Both the position numbers and the translations under genes were made by a program. Of a stretch of 64,000 nt of DNA, positions 36,401 to 48,263 are shown piece after piece. The DNA comes from Felis catus (Eukaryota), in contig NC_058368.1 of the NCBI RefSeq assembly GCF_018350175.1, forward strand, positions 139,378,001 through 139,442,000, in the 5' to 3' direction. The notes beneath the pieces are model-generated. The model saw only the letters and a program-made list of their open reading frames with translations. It was not told the DNA's origin and ran no database searches. Position 1 is the stretch's first letter. Every line of letters begins with the position of its first letter.

Positions 36401-39400
36401 AATGTATAGAGCAACCCAAAAGCATGATTTCACTGGCTAAGAATACAACGTTTTTGTCCCTTCATTCAAGAAGCCCAGCCAAACCCTACATCCATAATCA
36501 GAGCTAAATGCCTACACTTTATGCAAGAAACATTTATTTGCTTATTTATAAAATTACATGATTTTAGAGAAAAAAAAGGATACCTGTGTTTTGAATTCCA
36601 GAATGTTATTTCCTGGATTAATTCTTCCTAGTAATATCAGATCTTTTATCTGCATACATTTCTTTCTGGGAGCTGTGCTATTGTTTAAAGGGTTTTTTAT
36701 AATATGTTGACGGCCAGATCCCGAGGAATAGGAGCTCTCACCATCATGAGCATGGGGAACAGCAAAAACTGATTTTTTAAGATATGATTTCATCTGATGC
36801 CCAGTAGTACTGCCTAAGGCATCAGTCCCTTGGTGTGCCAAGGATTCTAATGTCCCCCTAGGTGGCTGCTGGGAAGTTATTTTCCTGTTTCCTCTTTTCG
36901 GATCACAATTGGTAGGAGCCTGATCGCAAATAACAGTTGATAGATGGGCATCATTTTCGGCAAGTCTGCTTGTAGTCTCTGAAATATTTAATGTGCCAGT
37001 TACTGCTGAAGGACTACTGTAAGATTCATTCCCTTTGGCTGGAGTTTCTGTAAGATCATTTTCTTTTTGTGAATATTCTGCTTGAGCAAGAAAAGCAACA
37101 GGCTGGGGTGGTAATTTAATCTTCTTAGTGCCATCTGAATGTCTGGATTTTGATAACCCATCCAAGGTACAGTCATTGACATTCTGTTTAGAATTCAGCT
37201 CATTTCCAAAAAATTCTTCCCTTCTCACTGTCTCTGAATTTACACAAGTGTTGGTATTTTGGCTGCCATTCCACGTTTCCAGAGATGACTGTGTTTCCTG
37301 TATGCTTCCACAAATAAGGCTGACAGGAGAACATGAACCTGAATGGGGCTGCACTGAATTTCCCAGACTGGTAAGCCTTTGGCTGTCCTTTTCACTAGAG
37401 ATTTCTGAGCTGGATGGCAGCCTCTTCAAACCAGGACCAGACGCAGATGTAATGTTTTTATAGTTTTGAATTTTCTGGCTAATTTTTTTCTGTTTTTTTG
37501 CCACAACTAAAAGGCTCTTCTGTCTTGTGGCCAAATTAGCCAGTTGTTCTCTGAGGACTCCTTGCTTAAATGATTCTATGGACACTCTAGAGAAAGAAAC
37601 AGAAAGAGAAAAAAAAACCCAAAAACAATAGAAAACTTTTTTTAGCAATCATGTAGATTTTAAAGATACTTTGTCTCAATTTAAATTTTAATCAGCCCAA
37701 AGTACACAAGTATTTCCTCTGAAAGGAAAATGACTCCTAAGGTAAGTAAGACTGCCTTTTTCAGGAAGTGATGTTGTGGTTATCCACATTTATATTATTT
37801 ACCAGTTGTGAGTCAACCCTGAAAAAAAACAAATGTGGATTGTTTAGTTGGAAGGAGGAACACCATTTTTAAATTCAGAGTTTGCTTACCTGTTTATAGT
37901 GGAAAGGTGTATCGGGAAATAAAATTTGGGAGTAAGTTCCACTCAAGTTCCCTTAGAGCTATGGAGGAGTGAGACTGTTTTGAATATTTATATCTGAGCT
38001 GGACCTGAGAAATGTCAATCCATCAAGTAATTACTGTAATTGTACTTTGAACCTGTATTGAGGCACTTTCGGGTCCAGAGGGACTACCAGGACAAGGATT
38101 AACCTGTGTGACCACAATGGGCTTGAGAGCGAGAGAAAATGGCTGCTTCACACCCTTCTTTTGGGTATACCCATCTACACTACAGTGCCCTTCAGGATAC
38201 TGGATTCTTTGTTTCCAGTAGTTCTCAAACTTTTTGGCTTTATGACTGTTTTATACTCTTAAAAATTGAGGATCCCAAAGGGCCTTTTTTCATATGGGTC
38301 TATCTATCAATATTTACTGTTCTACAAAATAAAACAGAAAATTTTGAAACACAAGAATATACAAAGATACATCCCATCGGCTATTAGAATAATGATAGCA
38401 CCACACATGTGGCCTCTAGAAAATTCCATTATACACTCATGAGAGAATGAGAGCCAAAAAGTTTCATTATAGAAACAGTTGTGACTTCATACACCCTTTG
38501 AAATGGTCTCAGTGACCTTCAGGGATCACCCTAAAGCAGCTGCTTTAAGGGATAGCAATAGTATCACAGTTTAGGGTTGTTGGTACTGAACTTCAAGCAG
38601 ACCAGATGTTAGAGTGAATAGTAGACGTAGGTGGAAGAAGCATTAAGAAGAAATATTAGCAAACAGCTAGTAGCATAAAATACAAGAAGCTGAACAGAGG
38701 AGAAAAAATTAGTAATATCACATTTAAAACAGAGTTCAGACAAAAAATAAAAACGGTTTTAAGATTACAAGATTTTAAGTCTTACAACAGTATTAATAAG
38801 GACTTACACACCTACAAACCCAACTGCTTGGGAACTTCCCAAAACTCCAGGTATATTGTTAATCATAGAACATAAAGGAAAACTGAAGCTAGTCTTCTCC
38901 AAAGTTTACCTTCTCCAAAGGTAATTGACCTACCTGTAGGTCCTATAAGCTCACTTGCTTTATACTAACAGGAAAACAGAAAAGAGAAATAATCTGTAAT
39001 ATTTATTCACTGGGGAGAAAAGCAAAATGAAGATAAAATATTTGTGAATGAAAATAGAAAACTGATTTTTAAATAAGTTCAGAAAAAAATGTCAAATGAT
39101 TATACGAATATAAAGAAAATTACAGGGGTGCAGGTGGCTCAGTCATTTAAGCACCCGACTTTTGATTTTGTCTTAGGTCATGATCTCGTGGTTTGTAAGA
39201 TCGAGCCCTGCATCAGCATGCAGCCTGCTTGGGATTCTCGCTCCCTCTTTCTGCCCCTCCCCCACTGGTACACACGCACAGCACTTACACTCTCTCTCTT
39301 AAAAATAAACAAACTTTAAACAGAAGAATATAAAGGAAATTAGAAAATAACAGGTGAATAAGGAACAAGATCAAAAAGATAACTGCAACCCCATATTCAC

Positions 39401-39713
39401 TGCAGCATTATTTAACGTTTATTTATTTTTGGGACAGAGAGAGACAGAGCATGAAATGGGGAGGGGCAGAGAGAGAGGGAGACACAGAATCGGAAACAGG
39501 CTCCAGGCTCCGAGCCATCAGCCCAGAGCCCGACGCGGGGCTCGAACTCCCGGACCGCGAGATCGTGACCTGGCTGAAGTCGGACGCTTAACCGACTGCG
39601 CCACCCAGGCGCCCCCACTGCAGCATTATTAACAACAGCCAAGACATGGAAGCAACCTATGTGTTCATCAAAGGCTGAATAAAGAAGATGTGGAATGTGC
39701 AAATGTACACACA

Positions 39714-39764
<51 letters not shown>

Positions 39765-42700
39765 GAATATTATTCAGACATTAAAAAGAAAGAAATCCTG
39801 TCATTTTTGACAACATGCATAGACCTTGAGAGCATTGTGTTAAGTGAAATAAGTCAGACAGAGAAAAACAAATACTGTATGGTCTCACTCATATGTATAA
39901 TCTAAACAAACAAAAAACTACAAAACACAAAAAAATGAACTCATATATACAGAGAACAGATTGGTGGTTGCCAGAGGTGGAAGGTGGAGGGTGGGTGAAA
40001 TGGCTCACCCATTTTGACCCCAGGTCAAAAGGTACAAACATCCAGTAATAAAATAGGTCAGTCATGGAGGTGTAATGTATAGCATGGTGACTACAGTTAA
40101 TAATACTGTACTGCATATTTGAAATTTCTAAGAGAGTAAACCTTAAAAGTTCTCATGAGAAAAAAAAAAAAGAAGGCATAGGTAGCTAAGTCTATGTATG
40201 AAAAACTAATAAAAATATGCCCAAACAAGAAAACAATATATCTTTCTCAAAAAAGGGAAAAGAAGAGGATATAATATAATCAGGATAAAACCCCTTAAAA
40301 GCCCTGAGAGTTTAAGACATACACAAAACCACAAAAAAACACATGGTTACACCACTTAGATAACATTTGTGATAGCAAAAAGAAAAAATTTTAGTGTAAA
40401 AAATCTGAGTTTACTATGGAAAGAAATTTATTTTGGGGATTCATGACCAGAGAGGCTGTCATAAAATTCTTGGCTATGGACAACTTTTTAAGATACTAAA
40501 ATGTCCTCTTTTGAATATTTCAAGTAATAAAAAAGAAAAATATCTTTCTGGGAAGTACAATTCCCCATGAAGGTAATAGATTAGATGACCTCATGGTCAT
40601 TCTTTGGCCCTAAGCAACAACTGTATTCTTAAAAAATTCCAGACCTAACTATTGTAGCTAAAAAGGGATAAATTATGAAAATTCTAAAGCAGTTCTACTT
40701 TTTTCACTCACCTGTATTTTTTAGCCAGATCATCCCTTTCTGCCTTCTGTTTGGCAAGCACATTATCCATAACCTCTTTTATCTCTAACATCTTTTCAAT
40801 GTATTGTTCTGGAAACATGGTAATAAAATAAAAAGTTAACTGAGAGATAGCAATTGTTACATTTGATCACAGAGGACTCAGCCTTACTGTTAAATTTTAA
40901 AAAATTTATTTCCCTACGCTGCTCCCCAGTATCAATGGCCCAGATATATAAACCAAGACTCATTGAATTATGCCACCCTATGGAAGTACCCTGAAGAGGG
41001 CAGGCCAGCTTGAGTTCTAATCCTGCTACTCCACTAAGTTCTGTGACTCTGGACAAGACATATGACCCCTTTGGTTACTTTTCTTATTTGTGAAATGAGG
41101 GTAGGAAATAAATATTTTGTTCAACTTACTTTTTAAAACACAAAAGGAACACATTGTAAGAAAAATTTTCAAATAATATGAATGTTTACACAGAAGAAAA
41201 GTAAAAAAGAGTATCCCACTTTCACCCCGTTTCTCTTCTTTTTTACTCCACAAAAGAGACTACTGTTAATACTTTGGGAGGGCACTTGTTGGGATGAACA
41301 CTGGGTGTTGTATGGAAACCAATTTGACAATAAATTATATTTAAAAAAAAAGAATAAAGAAAAGATCTATTCTTGATTTGAAAAAAAAAATACTTTGGTA
41401 GCAGGGTACCTGTTTGTGTGTGTCAATTTTTTTTTTAAATTGTGTATTTATTTAATGTATTGTTCTATATATTTATACTATATGTAACTATTTATTGTAT
41501 TTACCTAACAATAAGAATCATGCCATCAGTTCTTGTTCTTTACACTTAGCATTTAGATAGGGCTATATGATATCTAAGTTCACATAGATCTATATATAAT
41601 TATTTTTATAATAATTACTTAAAATTTTCCTATTTTCTTCCACTGCTTCCTAAGTAACAGCATCATGCTCTGCCCCATCCATCACAAGTCCACAGATTTA
41701 CACACAAATGCCAATTATGTCCAAGTCCACATTCCCAAGTAGTAAATGGAAAGGCTTAGATGAATACATTTTCTTTTAAATGACTTTTTTAAATTAAATT
41801 AAATTAAATTAAATTAAATTAAATTTTATTTTATTTTATTTTACTTTTGGCTTTGTTTCTTACATTTTTTCCCTAATTATTTTAGACCAATGCATATTTT
41901 TCTAGATAACATAGAGAAAATCAGTGGTGGGAAATGACATGAAGTTCAGAGTTGAAATTTTTTCCAGAACTTTCCTTTGCAAATCAGACAAATGACTTGA
42001 TCAGTAAAGAGTCAGTGTTCCCAGAGTAGTTTCTGCCCATCACGCACTTGAATTTTAAATCACAGGTAAAAATAACATTATCATAGTAATCAAGAAAATT
42101 CTATGTATTGCTATAAAAAAGGATAGAAAGAATTTTACATGTAACTTGACACTATATACTTATTTATCAGATACATTAATCAGTGGTATCTTAGGGAGAA
42201 CCTAGAATCGCTCTAATATATGTAAGATTTTAATATATGATAACAAAGAATGTGGATGACAGAAATTATTCAACAGATAAGAGGAGGGAAATGGAACAGT
42301 TATGTGGGGGTGGGGGACTCTATTCTATCCTCATCTTGTGCCACGTGTGGAAAAGAGATTTCAAATGAAGAGCAGAGTTGAAATGCATAGGAAAAAACCA
42401 ATATACAAAATGTTTAAAGTAAACATCGTTTTGGTCAGTTTGGTTGAGGCACTAAGGTTTCTGACATCAAAGTAAATACAAGACATCGATAAGAAAAACC
42501 TACAGAAGGGGCACCTGGGTGGCTTAGTTGGTTAAGCGTCCGACTTTGGCTCAGGTCATGGTCTCATGGTTTGTGAGTTTGAGCCCCGCATCGGGCTCTG
42601 TGCTGACAGCTTGGAGCCTGGAGCCTACTTCAGATTCTGTGTCTCCCCCTCTTTCTACTCCTCCCCTGCTCACACTCTGTGTCTCTCTGTCTCTCAATAA

Positions 42701-45700
42701 TAAATAAGTGTTAAAAAAAAAAATTAAAAGAAAAAAGAAAAGAAAAACCTACAGAAAAATGTACAAAATGGGATCTGTCATTCCTGGACTCCTCAGCCAA
42801 ATCACAGATATAAAAGGTGTCAGAAGGGGCGCCTGGGTGGCGCAGTCGGTTAAGCGTCCGACTTCAGCCAGGTCACGATCTCGCGGTCCGTGAGTTCGAG
42901 CCCCGCGTCGGGCTCTGGGCTGATGGCTCAGAGCCTGGAGCCTGTTTCCGATTCTGTGTCTCCCTCTCTCTCTGCCCCTCCCCCGTTCATGCTCTGTCTC
43001 TCTCTGTCCCAAAAATAAATAAACGTTGAAAAAAAAAAATAAAAGGTGTCAGAATAAGGAAGTGGTGAATTTGTAAAGACACTTCTTCAGAGAGCTATTG
43101 CTCAACTGGATGGGAATCTCCATTCTCAACAGCCAGACTGAGAGGTGAGGTTTCTCTCTGTCTCAAGCCTAAGGAGGGCAGTTTCTCAAAGAACTGTTGA
43201 AGAGAGTAATAACTTTCTTTTGAGGTGATAATGGACTCACACCTGGCTTCCTCCTTTGAAATCTAGAGGTTGAGGCCCTGCAGGGCAAGACATGTGGACA
43301 CCAGGGAAAAGGGAGAGTTGCTCTTGTGCTGAAAGTTAACTGTCCTCCTTTCTAACCACAGGTCCAAAGTGCCAGGATCCTGAAGACTTGGTATGGAGCC
43401 TGCCCTGTGCCTGTGAGACTATGGAGACTTTTACCTGAGAGAGAGTCTGTGTAGGTGGACCACCAAAAAACAAAACAAAACAAAACAACAACAACAAAAC
43501 CAACAAAAAAACAGCAGCAGCAGCAGCAGCTGACGGAAGACAAAGAGGAGCCAGAGAAAGGAAAATGTGCACTGCCCTGCCACACCACAGGAGCCATATA
43601 CAAGTTCAGAAAAGCCTCAGAAAATTGCTCTGAAGAGACTAAGTTTTAGACATCCGCCAAAGACTGATGGAGTCAGTAGCAGTCAGTACTTAGCCTAGTA
43701 TTTAGGCTAGCAACTGCTAGCCAAGAACTCTAGAGTCCCGTTGCCTTACCGTTCCTCCCTTAAAGGGGCAGTGGGATGAAGATAAAGGGGTCCTGACTAG
43801 TCAATGTGTTGGTCATAAAAGAATAAAATTAATTTACAAAGCCTAGGGATGGGGAGGGAAGAAAAGTTTCTAATCTTAAAAGCATTAAAAGAAATAGCAA
43901 AGGAAAAAGGCTGATATGTTTTATTATACAGAATTTGAAAATGTATGTACTTAAGCATAAAAAGACAGTTAAGTGGCTGAAAAACATATTTGCAGCAGTT
44001 ATGGCAGAAAAAGAGTCAATAACTTGATTGTATAAAATGGCTCCAACTTATTAACAGAGAAACAGGAACAGTCAATTCACAAAGCAGGAAAAAAAATTAG
44101 AGAAAAAATACCATTAATAATAAGGTAAGTGAAAATATGAGGCACATTTTTCTCATTAAACTGGTAAAATTAATTTAAATGAAAATACTGTTGCTATTAG
44201 CAGTGTAAAGGAAAACAAACACTAATGTGTGTTGGGGAAAGTGCAAATTAAATTAATATCTAATACTTTATGAAATAATTTATCAATACAAATTAATAGA
44301 TTTTAAAATGTTTATAAATTTTTGAGCCAGTAGTTCCAAATCATTCCTATGAAGACAGTCCTAAATTCAAAAGCTATATACTATAAAATAGCAAAGAAGT
44401 AGAAAAATGTAAATGCTCAAGAAAAACGGAAAAATTAAGCCCTGGAACATTTACAAAATAGGATACTAGGTAAACCACTAAGAATAATGGCTCTAGAGAG
44501 AAAATGTAAAGTTGGCAAGTTTAGCATGATCTAAACTATGTTTTTAATAATTTTATTGAGGTGTCACTGCATAACCAAATTCTTAGAAGAAAGGAAACAA
44601 ATACAACAAAATACTGTGGTGGGACAGTAGGTATTTTTAGCATTTTTTCCTGGTTTTTTGAAGTGTATTTATATGCCTTTTAATAAAAAATTTTTAATTG
44701 GAAAATTCATTTTAGGTATATAAGGTATTATAAATACTAAATAAAATATATGAACTATTCACATTTGTTTGGGAGTATACATTACAGTATTTTGTATTAT
44801 TTTCCTCAAAACATAACATGTTTACCATGTGTTAGGCCAAGATGAAAGAATGGGTATAATTTAAAAGGAAATAATTTTTTAAAAGACTGTACAGTATGAA
44901 CTAGGATAAGAGATGAATAGCTGTATCCTATTACATTAAAGATTGAGGAGATACTTTTAACTACTTAAACATTCAGATCTAAATCTATCAAGACCCAATT
45001 TTTACCTTGTAATCGTTAACTCATGAAAACACAACTGTGAGCTATCAAAGATGTACAAATATTCAGTGAACTTTTGAGAAATTCCGATTAGTAGGTCAGG
45101 GATCAAAGTCAAATTTACTATTTTGAATCACTTGTGTTTTGTAAACAGGAAGACATCTATGCTAAGATACTTACCTGGTGTATCTGCTCATCTGAAAGGT
45201 CTGAGGATTTGCCCTACTTGAGTCACAACTGCATATTCCTCTGCAGATCTGTTTTTAAAGGGCTACCATAGCTGCAGGGAATAACATAATCTCCTCCCTA
45301 GTCACTATATTGTGCTTTCTTTTTTTCTTCACATCTTCATCGAAACATATCACCAGTAGTGGCTTATCTCTGATCATTGTTTCAAGTGTCTCTCATGTTA
45401 CTTATGCTATACTTTGAGTCTTAGAAGTATCTTGATCAACAAGAACACTAACTACTGGTTTGCATAAATGACTTCTGATGCTCATTTCTGGCACTTTACC
45501 ATCACAAAAAAAAGGCTACTTTCAGCCACTGTAAGCTTTGACATAAACATGTACCGTAAGAAGTTGAGGTAGGAATGACCTTGGATGTACGAAATAATCA
45601 AACTTGAGTATGGGTGCATACTTACCTGCATCTTCAGGGGTTCTTATTTCAAATTCTAGTAACCTTTCTTGTTTTTCTTCTATGTCTTGTAGAATGGCAC

Positions 45701-46333
45701 TGATGGTATGATGCTATCAGATAAAAATATTAAAAACTTCATTACAAGAAGGTAGGTATTTCTCTCTGATACGCAATTGTCAAATGCACAGTAAAAGTGC
45801 TAAAGAAAGTGCTGCTACAATGCTTATTTTGCTTTATGTTCAAAATGTGTTCATGCTTTGTTTACCTGTATAAATGTTGCATACTTGAGGGGAAAAGTAA
45901 ACTTAAATGTTTTGATTTATGTAGCAGATCTACTCCTGGCAAAAAGACTGTAAGAGTAGCAACCGTATAAAGAATCACAATTTCTCACTGACTTCTGTTA
46001 CAATCATAGCTGTAGGTGAAACAAGAACAACTGAGAGCACATGATATTTAAAGACCACATATATGCAACAAGTTTACTTTAAGGCTCTGTGACTATCACT
46101 GCACACTATTGAAATCTCACACATAATCTTAAAATACAAAACACTACTCTCAAAAATTCACAAACGGGATTTAAGGCCCCCTCCCCACGCCCTTGTCAGT
46201 AGTGACTGTCTTGCCTGGAATGCCTTCAGTTAACTTTGCCCAGATCCACCTCTTTCCTATGAGAGATGTAATCATGGAGTCGATTCTGGAACTAGGCTGC
46301 CTGGGTGTGCTCTGGCTTCACTTCTTCCTAGCT

Positions 46334-46369
<36 letters not shown>

Positions 46370-48218
46370 GGGGGGGCTCTAGCAAGTTACTTGTCCTCTC
46401 CTTGCCTGAACAGACTAACACATGTAAAATGCTTAGGACAGGGCCATTGCAAAGTAAGAATTCAATAAATACTGCTTATTATATAAAACCCATCTCATAC
46501 ATGAAACCTCTGACAAATCTAATTCATACTGATTTCTCCTTTCTCAGAATTACTTAAGAATTGCAGTGCTACAAAACTTAGCATTAATATATATAATATC
46601 TTACATATTATATTTCTCCCTCAAAATAATAAGATCTATAGGCAGGAGCATAGCTTTTATATTTGTGAATGATTTCCAAACTGTTGGATACATAGCTGGT
46701 GCTCAATAAATGAAAACTGATGGAGTGACTCATATTATCTATTCTTTAATATATTCTCAATATACATTCATTTAAAAAATGTGTCAGTCCTCAAAGCCTT
46801 CTGAAGTATACTGCCCTGAAATTCTACTTTGGTGCCTACAAGGGACATGAAAAATGCACATAATAAACGTATCCAATTATGTGGAAAAGCAATCTCACTG
46901 CTGTCATTTATGAAATGCATCAAAGCAGAACTATAAAATATAAATATGCAAACAAACAAATGAGATTTATTTCTTTTTATACCAAATGGCTATAAAAGCA
47001 AACTAAAGGTCTGAACTGGCTACGCCTCTACCTACAGGTCAGGATAAAGAAAACACTTTCTGGAGGTGATTTTCCTTTCTCTTTTGCTCATATTGTGGAT
47101 GCACTCAGTCTTGGCCACTATGGGCAATAACCTTTAACTCCACACAAGCTACACCTTCCACCATGGAGGGTCCAGCATAATCTTCCCCCCAAGAACCTCT
47201 TCTTTAGTCCTTCATTACTTGTTGTTTACCTTAAAAAAAAAAAAAAGCACAACAAAAAACCCAACCTAGGATCTGTCTTTGGAATAAGCAGCTTTACATA
47301 CTTTATATTGTGCTTACTAAAAGCTTCACGAAAATTTTACTCCAATTTCCTATTTTTACTGTGGTAGGACCATCTTTGTCTCGGACACCTTTACAATTCT
47401 GTACAATATGGCACAGTGGTAAGAAGCACAGGCTCTGTAGCCAGACTGCCTGGCATTGCTTTAGTTCTGGTACTGCTACTTAACAGAAATGTATTTGGGG
47501 AGAGTCTGTCATATAATAAGTACTCAGTGAATACCAACTATTAGTATTGTTATCACTTCTGTACTTCGTCTACGCGGGTATAGAGGAGGCTGCCTACATG
47601 TTTTGATTTGATGGTGTTACAAGGTAGCACCAAACTAAAATCATCTCATTTCCTTTCTATCTGGCCATAGGGTCACCCCATCCCCAATGTGATTTGAAGT
47701 TTCCAACATTTAAAAGTTCACATTTACAAAAGATTCTTAATGACTTTAAAGTCCTTATATTTCTTTTGAGTTTTTCCTTCTTTTTTTTTTTTTTGACTGG
47801 GAAATTCAGTTTTATTAGTTTTTTTTTTTAATTTAATTTTTTATTTTTTTAAATTTACATCCAAATTAGTTAGCATATAGTGCAACAATGATTTCAGGAG
47901 TAGATTCCTTAATGACCTTTACCCATTTAGTCCATCCCTGTCCCACAACCCCTCCAGTAACCCTGTTTGTTCTCTGTATTTAAGAGTCTCTTCTGTTTTG
48001 TCCCCCTCCTGTTTTTTATTTTTGTTTCCCTTCCCTTATGTTCATCTGTTTTGTCTCTTAAAGTCCTCATATGAGTGAAGTCATATGATGTTTGTCTTTC
48101 TCTGACTAATTTCACTTAGCATAATACCCTCCAGTTCCATCCACGTATTTGCACATGGCAAGATTTCATTCTTTTTGATTGCCGAGTAATACTCCATTGT
48201 GTATGTGTATGTGTGTGC

Positions 48219-48263
<45 letters not shown>

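Larger units (their letters stand above)
39375..40170 (+). mobile_element. Old L1 3' fragment (L1MA/MB-like) interrupted by a young SINE and an (AC)n tract
   Basis: TTCACTGCAGCATTATT..AGCCAAGACATGGAAGCAACC; TAAGTGAAATAAGTCAGACAGAGAAA; AGCATGGTGACTACAGTTAATAATACTGTA. Confidence 0.8.

Noticed and set aside
37128..37463. 111-aa plus-strand ORF overlapping the large exon
   Set aside because: Antisense shadow of the ANKRD31 coding exon, with no independent support.
39354..43029. Recurrent near-identical ORFs ([19 protein letters not shown]..., [16 protein letters not shown]...)
   Set aside because: Translations of Can-SINE copies, not genes; the same holds for similar ORFs at 9046, 10266, 31277, 48835, 56078 and 62115.
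43336..43649. PolyQ/polyA ORFs around a (CAG)6 run
   Set aside because: Short intronic microsatellite beside (CAAAA)n; no phase-compatible exon is needed or evident.
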